From Lytechinus pictus (lineage: Eukaryota): 64,000 bases of DNA. Made by a program: the position numbers and the translations under genes. Under the pieces are notes generated by a model. That model was not told the DNA's origin. It saw only the letters and a program-made list of their open reading frames with translations, and made no database searches. The stretch lies in NCBI RefSeq assembly GCF_037042905.1, contig NC_087246.1:6450001-6514000 (forward strand), read 5' to 3'. How positions within the stretch are numbered: position 1 is the first letter of the stretch; each line of letters opens with the position of its first letter. This document shows, piece after piece, positions 10,799-22,199 of this stretch.

Positions 10799-10919
10799 CA
10801 GTAGCGGACCGTGACCCGGAGGAGACAAAGCATTGGAGGGGCGCTGTATTGTTTGTGAACAATGCTGTGCCCCCCCCCCCCCCAATGCTTTGTCTCCTCC
10901 GGGTCACGGTCCGCCACTG
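10799..10919. mobile_element. 121-bp palindromic hAT-like MITE
   Basis: About 38-bp TIR CAGTAGCGGACCGTGACCCGGAGGAGACAAAGCATTGG / CCAATGCTTTGTCTCCTCCGGGTCACGGTCCGCCACTG, with a perfect 8-bp TSD TGTGGGGG (10791-10798, 10920-10927). The empty site is in copy 2 near 17592-17622. Confidence 0.9.
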
Positions 10920-13900
10920 TGTGGGGGAGTGGGGTGGGGCGCACTTCACGCTTCGAAGTGTTTTGGGCAAGGAAACAGTTAAAAAAGGTAAAAGATATCT
11001 TCAAATCAATTTTACTAGCTAAATTCCACGTGTTCTTCATGATTAAAGTCTACCTTTATTCGCATAAGTATTTCAAGGTTCTGCGCAAATGATTTTTCAC
11101 GAACTTTTCAAAAGTCAATGGTGCTCACTCAAGCGGAAATATTTTTCGACAGTTATATCGTCATTTGCTTAAATGGATCTGTACCAATGTTAAAATGTGG
11201 AAAAATCTTCAGGATATTACAAATGTATAATTTTAGAGGATTTTTTCAAAGTGTAATATTTTTTTGATACGCACTGTATAGGGCATATGGCCTATCTTTC
11301 TCTCTCTCTCTCGCGTTCAGATATGCACGCGCTAACCATAATCTGGATGTAGGCCTACTTTTAAAACACGACTATATTTTATCAAAATATATATCAGAAA
11401 ACAAAATGACTTGCCACAATCTGCTGCAACGCGTTTCGGTCTGAATGAACTTCTTTCTTTTGTTCTTTGTATGTGGAATATCAGGGCTCCCTTTCATCCC
11501 TCGACAAAGATAGTCAGCTCACAATCATCAAATAAGCAAACTATGCATTAAGTATCTGATATATTTACATGCCTGCCATTAAATTGGAAGCTGTTTTATC
11601 AGTAAAAACACTAAAGGCCTAGTATGTGAATTTGATGACTATGAGTTGCTACGTGATAGGCCTAGGCAAAGTGGACACTGTGATGCCTACCCCCCCCCCC
11701 CCCCTCCCCTCCACACACCAACACACCATCTCATTCTTGTTACCGAATAGTGATTTTCAGATAACTTTTGCGAGGAAAAATAATGGTGACTATTAAAGCC
11801 AATTTTGGTGATTTGTTTTTGCTCTTGTTGATATTTTGGACTTTTGATACCAAATATTGATGCAAATTTCAACAAACTTATCTCATGATTGGTCGTGTGT
11901 TCGTATTACATCGAGGCCTATATTTTTGGCAAGGCGTTAATCCACACATATGACTATCTCCAGCCAGGGGCTAAATAGGTAGGCCTACCCGGTATATGCG
12001 AAACCGACGAAAGTCCTTAAAATGACACATTTTCAGGTCATTATTTTAACATTTCTGATCTAGTCCTTATGTAATGAGTCTTGTTAAAAAATACATATAT
12101 TAAAGCTAATATATACCTAACATTTCAATATCAAGGATTGAACCCCCCCCCCCCCCATTTAAACTAAAAAACAGTTTTAGATCTTCGAGCAACCAACTCC
12201 CTCACAGAGAATTTGTATCAGTCATCCCCACCTCCTTCCAAGCATAAATACCATGAATACCGGTCGACACAAAAGCCTTTAATCTTCCAATTCGAAGTGA
12301 TTAATTAAAGACAAGTCAACCCCAACAAAAAATTGATTTGAATAAAAAGAGAAAAATCCAACAAGCATATAACACTGAAAATTTTATCAAAATCGGATGT
12401 AAAATGAGAAAGTTCTGACATTTTAAAGTTTCTCTTAATTTCACAATGTACGTCCCGGTTGGTATTAGTAGACCGGTCAAACGTCAAAAAGTGCTCTAGA
12501 TAAGGATTCGATGGCAAAATTTGTTAATGCTTGGCATCCCAGCTAAAATTCTTGCAAAAATACTCAGGAATAGCGTACGGCCGGATGCCAAGCGCAATTT
12601 TGCGTGAAAGTGTCATTTTTAGCGTAAAATCTGAAAGAATGTAGAAAATCACGCATTTTGATATTTTGACGGATTATCATCATATTTTTTATTATCTTTG
12701 ATATGGAATTATTTTCATTCAGAGTTCGAATTATAAGTCTCATAAATATGCATTTTAAATTTGAATATTACACACAAACATATGGCGCAGTGAAACATAA
12801 AACCGCGATTTCCTCAAAATAAAAGTTTGTGAAAACTATCAATAGTTTGAAGTATTTTTACGCAACTTAAATTCTTCGATTTAAATGCGTTTATCCATCG
12901 AATGTATAGTATATATGTCCTAATGCCACAAATATTAAAATAATTTTTAAGTAAGATGGAAAATATCTAATTTTATGTAATCCGAAAGGAGACAATGTGC
13001 ATTTTACCAAGTGCGCATTTTGAAAAAAAAATGAAAATACCGTACATTATGTACATAATTACATGTATAAGTACATACTAAAGCGAGTTTTTAATTACAT
13101 GTATAAGTACACACTAAAGCGAGTTTTTAATTAAATAGCACAAATTGTCAACTCTTTGCATCCCAGCTAAAAGTCTTGCGGAAATACTGAGGAAAAACGT
13201 ACGGGCGGATGCCAAGTGCACTTTTGCGTGAAAGTATAATTTTTAGCGTAAAATCTGAAAGACTGTCGAAAATCACGCATTTTGACCTTTTGACGGGATT
13301 TGTAAGAAATTTTGATTCCCTTTGATATGCGATCATTTATATTTGGAGTTTCAAATGATATGCATTTCAATTTGGAATATTACACCCACATTATATGGCA
13401 CTATGAAATATAAAATCGTGATTTACTAAAAATAATAGTTAGTGAAAACTATCAATAATATAATGTTTGTGTTCCGCATCTCAATTTCGTCCATTTTAGC
13501 GCTAACCGAATATAAATACATAATAATTGTTTGTCATGTCACATATAGTGAAAAAAAAATGAAATAAGATGCAAGATATATCATTTTATGTTACATATGC
13601 GAAATATAACAATGTACATCTATCGGATGCGCATTTCTGATTAAAAAAACAGCGCACAATATTATATCTATATTGCACATAAATTATGTACTGATATTGA
13701 TCAGTGCGATACTCGTCATGATATTATATAGGATTATGTTTACTTTTGTAGAATTCGATGTTCTCGCTATTTCCGCGAATTAATTGGTGCTGAACGTAAA
13801 TCTACCTGTGGCGGTATTCATAAATAGGTCTGATATTTAATTTGCCGTTACCATGGTAACATTAATTTTATACATGTATGAATAAAACGATTGAATTAGC

Positions 13901-14346
13901 ATTTTATACTCTTTCAATCTACATTTTACTTCAGTTATTGGATTATCAAAGTCTTTAAAAAAATATGGCCGTTGCCAAGGCAATACCTAATTTTTGTCTC
14001 GCCTGCATAGCAGAGCAGGACAAAAAGGGCCACTTTTCCGGTGGAGGCGACGGCAGTTTCGATATAACAGCCTCATATCAACCTTGAAATCTTAACCAAG
14101 GTTACGTTTTTTGAAATGTCATTATAAGTTTGAACGTATAGAAAAAAAATTAATGACACTTATGAGAGTATTCAGGTATTACTGATCGTCTTGCACAAGT
14201 TGTATATCACATGATTAGAGTCACTGAACTTTGGCCATACCTATTAGCATAAGTCCATGCTGTTATATATCGTAGTCTAAGACGGGGGCCGGACAGCCCG
14301 ACCCTGGGTAGCCCTGGACATACATGTATGTATTGCCAATGCCATT

Positions 14347-14456
14347 TTGGGAAATGCAGTTGTACGACCATCTATATATTACAGTATCTGCGCTGGACGC
14401 TGGTCATTAGCCTTTAGATTTGTTTGTCATAATGGTCGTACGACTGCATTTCCCAA
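14347..14456. repeat. Short inverted repeat (possible MITE remnant)
   Basis: TTGGGAAATGCAGTTGTACGACCAT (14347-14371) pairs with ATGGTCGTACGACTGCATTTCCCAA (14432-14456) at 24/25. Confidence 0.6.
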
Positions 14457-15544
14457 CATAGCAATACATGTGATGAAATGAGCTTTAAGAATTAAAATGT
14501 GAACTTTAAGAACCTACTCTTTTGGTATTTCAAACATCATTCTCCACAGATGAAAACTCTTAGCTCATGCAAATGGTTATTGACCTATCTATTTTAATTT
14601 CTGGTCTAATGAACTGTTCAATTAACTGATAACCTGATAACAGGGATAAAGAGACCGTAGTTGCATGAAACAATGCCTTCTACATTCTAGAATTGAGAAA
14701 ATATGCTACGGACACTGACGTAAGCCTTTTGTTGGAAGATGCATGGAAGTGAGGGGGAGGGGGAAACTTGCCCCCAAAAAGTTCAAGAAAAAGTATAAAA
14801 CAACAGAAGCAAAATAATGGAAAGCTTGTTGGGGAGGGGGTAATTTATTTATTTATTTATTCTTTTATTTATTTATATATTTATATATATATATTTATTT
14901 ATTCATTATGACCTCAATTGAACGTAAATATTGTAATTTAAAACATTTTTTCTTAATAAACACAAATTATTCCCTAAATTAAGGCTTTTGTTCAAAAGAC
15001 TTGGTCAGTCCGCTCGCTCACCAGCAGCGTAGCTAGGCTTTTGTCAGCAGAGGAGCACGGGGGCGGTGCTTGGTATTCTGCAGGGGGTACCAAAATAGAT
15101 TCATTTATCAAGTATTTATTATTAAGTACATATTAGCTTTATTCTCACAAGCACGATTAAGTATCTGACAAGGCCTATTTGAATAATGCGAGCGCGAAGC
15201 GCAAGCAGTTTTTGTATATGCCATGAAATTTAGAGCTGAAAGTTAGAAAGTTACACAATTCGTAAGTGTAATCATTAACATGATTCGTATCTAATTGTAA
15301 TGTTAAAAATTTCAGAAATTTTTAATATTTTGACATGAAAAACAGGGCATTTAATACATTTTTTTTTTTAATAATATAAATGCTATTGATGCGAGCGCGA
15401 AACGCGATCTGATTTTTATATTCCAATCCGTAAACTGGAAATTTTGATGACGATTTGAAGTAAAGAATGTTTTTATCTGTTTTTTAAAAAAGGCCAGTAC
15501 AAGCCGAGCTGGCTTTTTTTTTAATTAGAAACGAAACATTCTAA

Positions 15545-15764
15545 GGTGCGATAGCTCAATCGGTAGTGAGGGGGTTTCGGATTCCGGTGGCCTGGGTTCG
15601 ATTCCCACTTGGTGCGCACTAGCGCACCAAGTGGGAATCGAACTTGGCACTAGCCAAGTAAGGCATTTAAATGCCTTACTAGTAATGGTAGTAAGGCATT
15701 TCAATCCTCATTATAGGTCCGTCGGAGAGTACATTAAGCCATCGGTCCTCTGGTTGCTTGCTTA
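15545..15764 (+). mobile_element. tRNA-derived SINE, rearranged
   Basis: Pol III A-box TAGCTCAATCGG (15552-15563) and B-box GGTTCGATTCC (15595-15605) in a tRNA-like head. A non-tRNA body follows and there is no proper acceptor stem. Confidence 0.75.
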
Positions 15765-17256
15765 GAATTTATTAATGCCAGCGCGAAGCTCGAGTCGAAA
15801 ATTTATTTGGCATCTTTTTGTAATCCCGTGTAGGGTGCCTATCTCGCTAAATCAAAATAAAGTATACACTCGAATCGCGAGCAGAATCCTGTGGGTATAT
15901 TACCTTGAAAAAGGGATACTTTCAGCTCCATGTAATCCTTTCGGACACTACACATGACCTTAGGCAGTGGGAGGAGGGGGGGGGGGGCAGAGGCAGTTGC
16001 GGCCAGAAATTTTGTAACTCGTTTTAAGTATGTGTTTATTCATGTAATTATGTTTATAATGTACGGTATCTTCAATTTTACATTCAAAATGCCCCCCCCC
16101 CCCTCCTCCCTGATAAATTTTGCATGTACCCTTTCGGAAAATCTTCCATCTTACTTGAAAATTCTTTTAATATTTGTGACATTAGAAACGATCGATATTC
16201 AATAGATGAACCAATTTAAATCGAAGAATTTAAGTTGTAAAAAACTTAAAACTATTGATAGTGTTCACAAACTTTTATTTTTAGTAAATCAAGATTTTTA
16301 TGTCATATTGCCATATATGTGTGTGTAATATTCCAAATTGAAATGCATATTTAGTAGTCTTATAATTTGAAACTCCAAATATAAATGATTGTATATCAAA
16401 GGAAATCAAAATTTCTTACAAATCCCGTCAAAAGGTCAAAATGCGTGATTTTCGACAGTCTTTCAGATTTTACGCTAATAATTATACTTTCACGCAAAAG
16501 TGCACTTGGCATCCGCCCGTACGTTTTTCCTCAGTATTTCCGCAAGACTTTTAGCTGGGATGCAAAGAGTTGACAATTTGTGCTATTTATTTAAAACTCG
16601 CTTTAGTGTGTACTTATACATGTAATTAAAAACTCGCTTTAGTATGTACTTATACATGTAATTATGTACATAATGTACGGTATTTTCAATTTTTCTTTCA
16701 AAATGCGCACCTGGTAAAATGCACATTGTCTCCTTTCGGATTACATAAAATGAGATATTTTCCATCTTACTTAAAAATTCTTTTAATATTTGTGGCATTA
16801 GGACATTTACTATACATTCGATGGATAAACGAATTGAAATCGAAGAATTTAAGTTGCGTAAAAATACTTCAAACTATTGATAGTTTTCATTAACTTTTAT
16901 TTTGAGGAAATCGCGGTTTTATGTTTCACTGTGCCATATGTTTGTGTGTAATATTCGAATTTGAAATGCATATTTATGAGAATTTTAATTTGAAACTCCA
17001 AATAAAAATAATTCCATATCAAAGATTATCAAAAATATGATGATAATCCGTCAAAAATTCAAAATGCGTGATTTTCTACATTCTTTCAGATTTTACGCTA
17101 AAAATGACACTTTCACGCAAAAGTGCGCTTGGCATCCGGCCGTACGCTATTCGTAGGTATTTTTGCAAGACTATTAGCTGGGATGCCAAGCATTAACAAG
17201 CATTAACAAATTTTGCCGTCCAAAGTATAAAAAATCGTTTTGGCCGGTCTACTATA

Positions 17257-18243
17257 CAGTGCGTATCAAAAAAAGTTTACACTTAGAAATAATCCTATAA
17301 AATTATACATTTGTAATATCCTGAAGATTTTTCCACTTTTTAACATTGGTACAGATCCATTCAAGCAAATGACGATATAACTGTCGAAAAATATTTCCGC
17401 TTGAGTGAGCACCACTTACTTTTGAAAAGTGAGTGAAAAATGATTTGCGCAGAACTTGAAATAGTTATGCGAATAAAAGTAGACCTTAATCATGAAAAAC
17501 ACGTGGAATTTAGCTAGCAAACTTGATTTGAAGATATCTTTTACCTTTTTTAACTTGTTTCCTTGCCCAAAACACTTCAAAATTTGCATAGCGCCCCACC
17601 CCACTCCCCCACACACCGAGGCCATTGTGACGTTATTTGCTTTACACTGAGCTGTGATTTACATGAAATGGTGTAGGATTGATTTTCATTTTTATAAACA
17701 TTGTCAAGCTTGGGAAAAGTGTGAAGAAACAAGTATTAAATGAAAAATGAAATGTAAACCCACTTTAAATGATAAAAACTTAGTAAAAAAGATGCTGGAG
17801 ATGTCTGATATAAACTTTTGTTTAGATTCAGTTATTTCCTCAGATCCAGCTGACACAAAAAGGATAAAGGTTGTGCTTACTAAGTGTTAGAATTTCAATT
17901 TGGGTGGCAAAATTGTTACAAAATGCTTGAATGTATCCGTTTTATTTCAATTGACTAAAAGTGCAAGGGAAAATGTATGAGAAATGTTTCGCAGGGTAAG
18001 TTTGATTTCGCCCTTTCCTCTTGACACAGCGTGAAAACAAGCATTTCTGCGCAAACAGATTTCTGCGAGCTTTACGAAAATGGACAGTGCTCACTCAAGT
18101 GTAACATTCTGTCAAAACTTTTACTTTCATTGGATAGATGAGACCCATACCCAAGATTATATGTGAAAAAATTACCCACATGTTGTTTATTTTTAAATTC
18201 CCAGGACTTTTTCAAAGTGTAAACTTTTTTTTGATACGCACTG
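17257..18243. mobile_element. Tc1/mariner-like non-autonomous element, copy 2 (uninterrupted, inverted relative to copy 1)
   Basis: TA|CAGTGCGTATCAAAAAAAGTTTACAC ... GTGTAAACTTTTTTTTGATACGCACTG|TA, 987 bp. The subterminal motif TTGAGTGAGCAC / GTGCTCACTCAA occurs inside both ends. Confidence 0.92.
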
Positions 18244-19254
18244 TATAAGGAACTGACGACATCACGCACTATTTCTTCTGTATTTTATTATGTGAAACAT
18301 GAAATATTCGAATTTTCTCCTCATTGTTTTGGGGAAACAAAGTTTTATTTCTCCATGAATATGTGGAATGACCATTGTTCAACATTATATGATTCAGTCA
18401 AGTTGGTCCTTATTTTCAAATCGGTAAAAATTGAAATATTGTATAATTCAAACAATAAAAAACAAAACGAATAGTGAGCGAATGACATCATCGATTCTCT
18501 CATTTGCATGTTACTAAATTGTGTATATAACTATTTTGTGAAAAATAAATAAAACTTCATAATGTCATAACTTTTTTATATATTTTTCATCCGATTTTGA
18601 TGAAATTTTCAGCCTTATGCTTGTCTGATTTTCCCCTACTGATTCAAATCAACATAATATTTTTGATGTGGACTTGACCTTTAATGTTTGGTTGGTCGGT
18701 TTCTATTTGTTATTTCTGCTTTCCTGCCAATCATTGCCAACCTATAGGTCGTTTGAAAACAGTGTTTCAGTAGGCCCTCATGGGTGTCGATATGTGTTGT
18801 GAATCTTTTTTGTTTTAAACTATTATTTTATTGCTTCTTCCGGTAATAAACTGACTTCATAAATTTCATTACTTCATAATCATGATAACTTCGTAAATAA
18901 TACATCAAGGTACCAGTAAATAAGTACTTCATGAACATATACGTAATTTATAAATTAATCCATGAATTTTCCAATTCACTAAAAGAAATTAAGAAATATA
19001 AGACAGAAGAAAAAAGAAAATAAACACACCTGCACATCCCACACGCAAAAAAACCTTGTCTTTCAGGTCTCCTCCTTCCTAACCTAACCCTCCCTCCACC
19101 GGATCCACCATTAACCGCCTCCCCTCTCTACCCACATGACACAGGCAAGCCCCGCAAAGTATAAGAAAATTACAAAATAAGAATTAAAAAAAAAAACGAA
19201 ACATTGGAATCTGCAGAAAACCAATGACACGACACAAACTTCTATTATCCCTGT

Positions 19255-22040
19255 TAGTCCAGGATAGAAGGGGTCGAACCTTGTTTTTTTATATATACAA
19301 TGTTTTTTTATGGTTTCTTGTCAATTCGAGGGTGCTGATTCCGAATCTGAATGATGCCACTCGTGTAACCTTGAGCATTTTCTGCAAATTGGCAAAATCC
19401 AATATGGCCGCCAAAATATTCAAATTACCCATGAAAATCATAGAATTGTTCACACATTGGCTTTAAAGTACATGCAATTGTGCTGCCGGAGTGAAATAAT
19501 ATCTGAAAAAATGATTTTTGTCAAAATATTTATTTTCTTGATATCAAAATGGCCGCCATCATAGACCCCTGTACAATATGAATGGGGAAAATTAATTTTT
19601 ACAAAATTGAGCACTGAAATGCAAGTAATTATGATCTATGAGTGAAGCAATGTCTGTAAACATGATTGCTAACGATATATATCATTTGTTATGTCAGTTA
19701 TGTGATAAATCCTGTATTTTGATATTCAAAATGGCCTTCAAAAGCCCTAACACTATTATGTACAATGTGAATGGTGACACAAAAAAATCACAAGAGTGAG
19801 CACTAAAATGCATTTTGTTGAGATAAACGAGTGGAATACTGACTAAAAACATTATTGTTAACGAAATTTATTATTTAACATGCCATGTATGTGATAAACC
19901 CTGTATTTTGATATTTAATATGACCGCCAAAGGCCCTAAAATTATAATCTACGATGTGAGAGAGGACAAAAACAATCACAAGGTGAGCACTAAAACGTAT
20001 TTTTTTGTGGTAAATTAGTGGAATACTGTCTTCAAATATAATTTGCAACGAAATATATTATTCGGGTTTCATATTTGTGTTAAATATTGTATTTTGACTT
20101 TCAAAATGGCCGCCAAAAGACATTGACTGTATTATGTACAATCGATCTGGGAAACCAATTTTCACATGAGTCAGCACCATAACATGCATATAATTGTGAT
20201 TTAAGAGTAAAATATTATCTGAAAACATAATTCCTAACAGGATATATCATTCATTCTGCCAGGTAGGTGATAAATAATGTATTTTGAAAGTCAAAATGGC
20301 CGCTACAGGCCCTAACGGTAGGCCTATTATGTACTTTGTGAATGGGAACATATAATTTTAACAGAATTTGGCTTTGCTTGACTAAATGATGTTGCATGTA
20401 TGAGTGAAATATCGTCTGAAAATATGATTTTGTAACCAAATAGATAATTTCTTATGTTATTTAGGTGATAAATGCTATATTTAAATTTCAAAATGGCTGC
20501 AATATGTTTCTTTGTGGAAATTATCTTTCCCCATTCAAATTTTACATATTAAGATAAGGGACTTTGGCGGCCATTTTTCATTTTTAAAAGGCTGCATTCA
20601 TCACCTTTATGACACAAGCTATGATATATTTCGTTAGAAATCATAGGGTTTAGACAATACTTAACACTTACATCAAAATTAAGCCATTTTCATAGTAAAA
20701 ATTTTGTCAAAATTATCTGTCCCCAGTTACAATGTACATACTACTTTGGGCTATGGCAGCAATTTTGAATTTCAAAGTAAGGCCTTTATTACCTTCTCAA
20801 CCATTATGTGATGTATTTAGTCAGAAATTATGTTCAAGACCAAATTTTACCTATACATCACATAGTTACGTGCGTTTTTGGTTCTCATTCTGGTGATGAT
20901 TAGTTTCCCTATACGCACGTTACAGAATTTGTAGGGGCTTGTGCGGCCGTTTTGAAAGTCAAAATACAGTATTTATCACCTATGGGAGAGGAAATGTTAT
21001 ATTTTATTACAAAAATCACCTTTTCAAACAATATTTTCCTTATACAACAGAATTATATGGATTTCATAGTCAGGCAAATCCTAATTCTTTCAAAAGTATT
21101 TGTCCCCATTTACATTGTAGATAATACTGTAAGGGCCCATAGGGGCCATTTTGAATTTTACAATACAGCATTTATCTCATGCATGAAAAATGAAATGATA
21201 TGTTTCGCCAGAAATCATGTGTTTAGACAATATTTCACTCGTATAGATTACAATTACATTCATTTTATTGTTTTTACTCTTGTGAAAATTAGTTTCTTCA
21301 TTTGCTTTGTTCATGATACAGATAGGGCCCATGGCAGCCATTTTGAATGTCAACATGCAGCATAATTACCGAAATTGCAAGGGAAATGATATGTTTCGTT
21401 AGAAATCCTTGTTGTCAGACAGTGTTACGCCAATATTTCGCAGTTATTGGCATTTTAAAGTCAAACAAATTCAAAGGTTGTGAAAATTATTTGTCCCCTT
21501 TTATATATTGTACACAGTATAAGGGGTCTATGACAGCCATTTTGAATATCATAATACAGCATTTATCACATTAGATAGTATACAAATGACATAGTTTTGT
21601 TAATAGTCATGTTTTCAGACAGTAGTCCACTCGCAGGTCACAATCACATGCAATAATAGTGCTCTTGTTTGAAAAAAAAATTTCCCCATTCATATTCTAC
21701 ATAATAAAGTATACAGGGGTTATGGCGGCCATTTTGAATATCAATAAGATAAATATTTTGTCAAATATCGCTTTTCCAATTGGTATTTCACTTCTACACA
21801 ACAACTACATGCATTTTATAGCTAATGTGTTGGCAATTTTATGATTTTCATGGGTATAATTTGCATATTTTGGCGGCCATATTGGATTTTGCCAATTTCC
21901 GGAAAATGCTCAAGGTTACAAGAGTGGCATCATTCAGATTCGGAATCAGCACCCTCGAATTGACAAGAAACCATAAAAAAACATTGTATATCTAAAAAAA
22001 CAAGGTTCGACCCCTTGTCTATGGGGCCTATCCTGGACTA
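19255..22040. mobile_element. 2.8-kb foldback element (Academ-like) built from ~190-bp repeats
   Basis: Termini TAGTCCAGGATAG ... CTATCCTGGACTA with 3-bp TSD TGT. The outer ~190 bp are nearly perfectly inverted. Periodic AAAATGGCCGCC motifs switch orientation at about 20530. Confidence 0.85.
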
Positions 22041-22199
22041 TGTCCCCTAAGCATATACAACGTATAAATTGAGGGGACAGAGAAGAGAAAAGAAAGGAAT
22101 AAATGTAAGGGGGAAAAAAAGAGGGAATAAAAAACTCTGTCCTTCATTCGGAATCAAAATCCTCTCACTTTTAAAATGTAAAGATAAGGTGTTACGATC

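Larger units (their letters stand above)
8708..11276. mobile_element. Tc1/mariner-like non-autonomous element (~1 kb core), copy 1, carrying two nested insertions
   Basis: TA|CAGTGCGTATCAAAAAAAGTTTACAC ... GTGTAATATTTTTTTGATACGCACTG|TA. Collinear in inverted orientation with the uninterrupted copy at 17257-18243. Confidence 0.9.
12466..17254. mobile_element. Large foldback non-autonomous DNA transposon with ~1-kb TIRs (Academ-like)
   Basis: Termini TAGTAGACCGG ... CCGGTCTACTA. The arms 12466 to ~13457 and ~16250-17254 are reverse complements, which explains the near-identical mirror ORFs 13148-13336 and 16385-16573. A 3-bp TSD TAT is restored once the adjacent Tc1-like element is removed. 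No transposase ORF. Confidence 0.8.
12309..18680. mobile_element. Kolobok-like TTAA MITE (~600 bp) split by about 5.8 kb of nested insertions
   Basis: TTAA|AGACAAGTCAACCCCAAC (12309 to ~12465) and ~18246 to GTGGACTTGACCT|TTAA. Both halves align to the intact copy at 56697-57291. Confidence 0.85.

Noticed and set aside
10725..11092. Overlapping ORFs on both strands sharing peptides (VADRDPEETKHW)
   Set aside because: An artefact of the palindromic MITE at 10799-10919.
13990..14250. TTTTTGTCTCGCCTGCATAGCAGAG... as a Helentron/HINE-like element end
   Set aside because: It resembles such ends, but I could not find the partner terminus or hairpin.
15545..15617. Functional tRNA gene
   Set aside because: A and B boxes are present, but there is no clean acceptor or anticodon stem and a SINE-like body follows.
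13148..16573. Near-identical 62-aa ORFs at 13148-13336 (-) and 16385-16573 (+)
   Set aside because: Mirror images within the TIRs of a non-coding foldback element.
19400..21885. CRISPR-like array of regularly spaced motifs
   Set aside because: The spacers are homologous to one another, the period is about 190 bp, orientation flips midway, there are no cas genes, and the context is eukaryotic.
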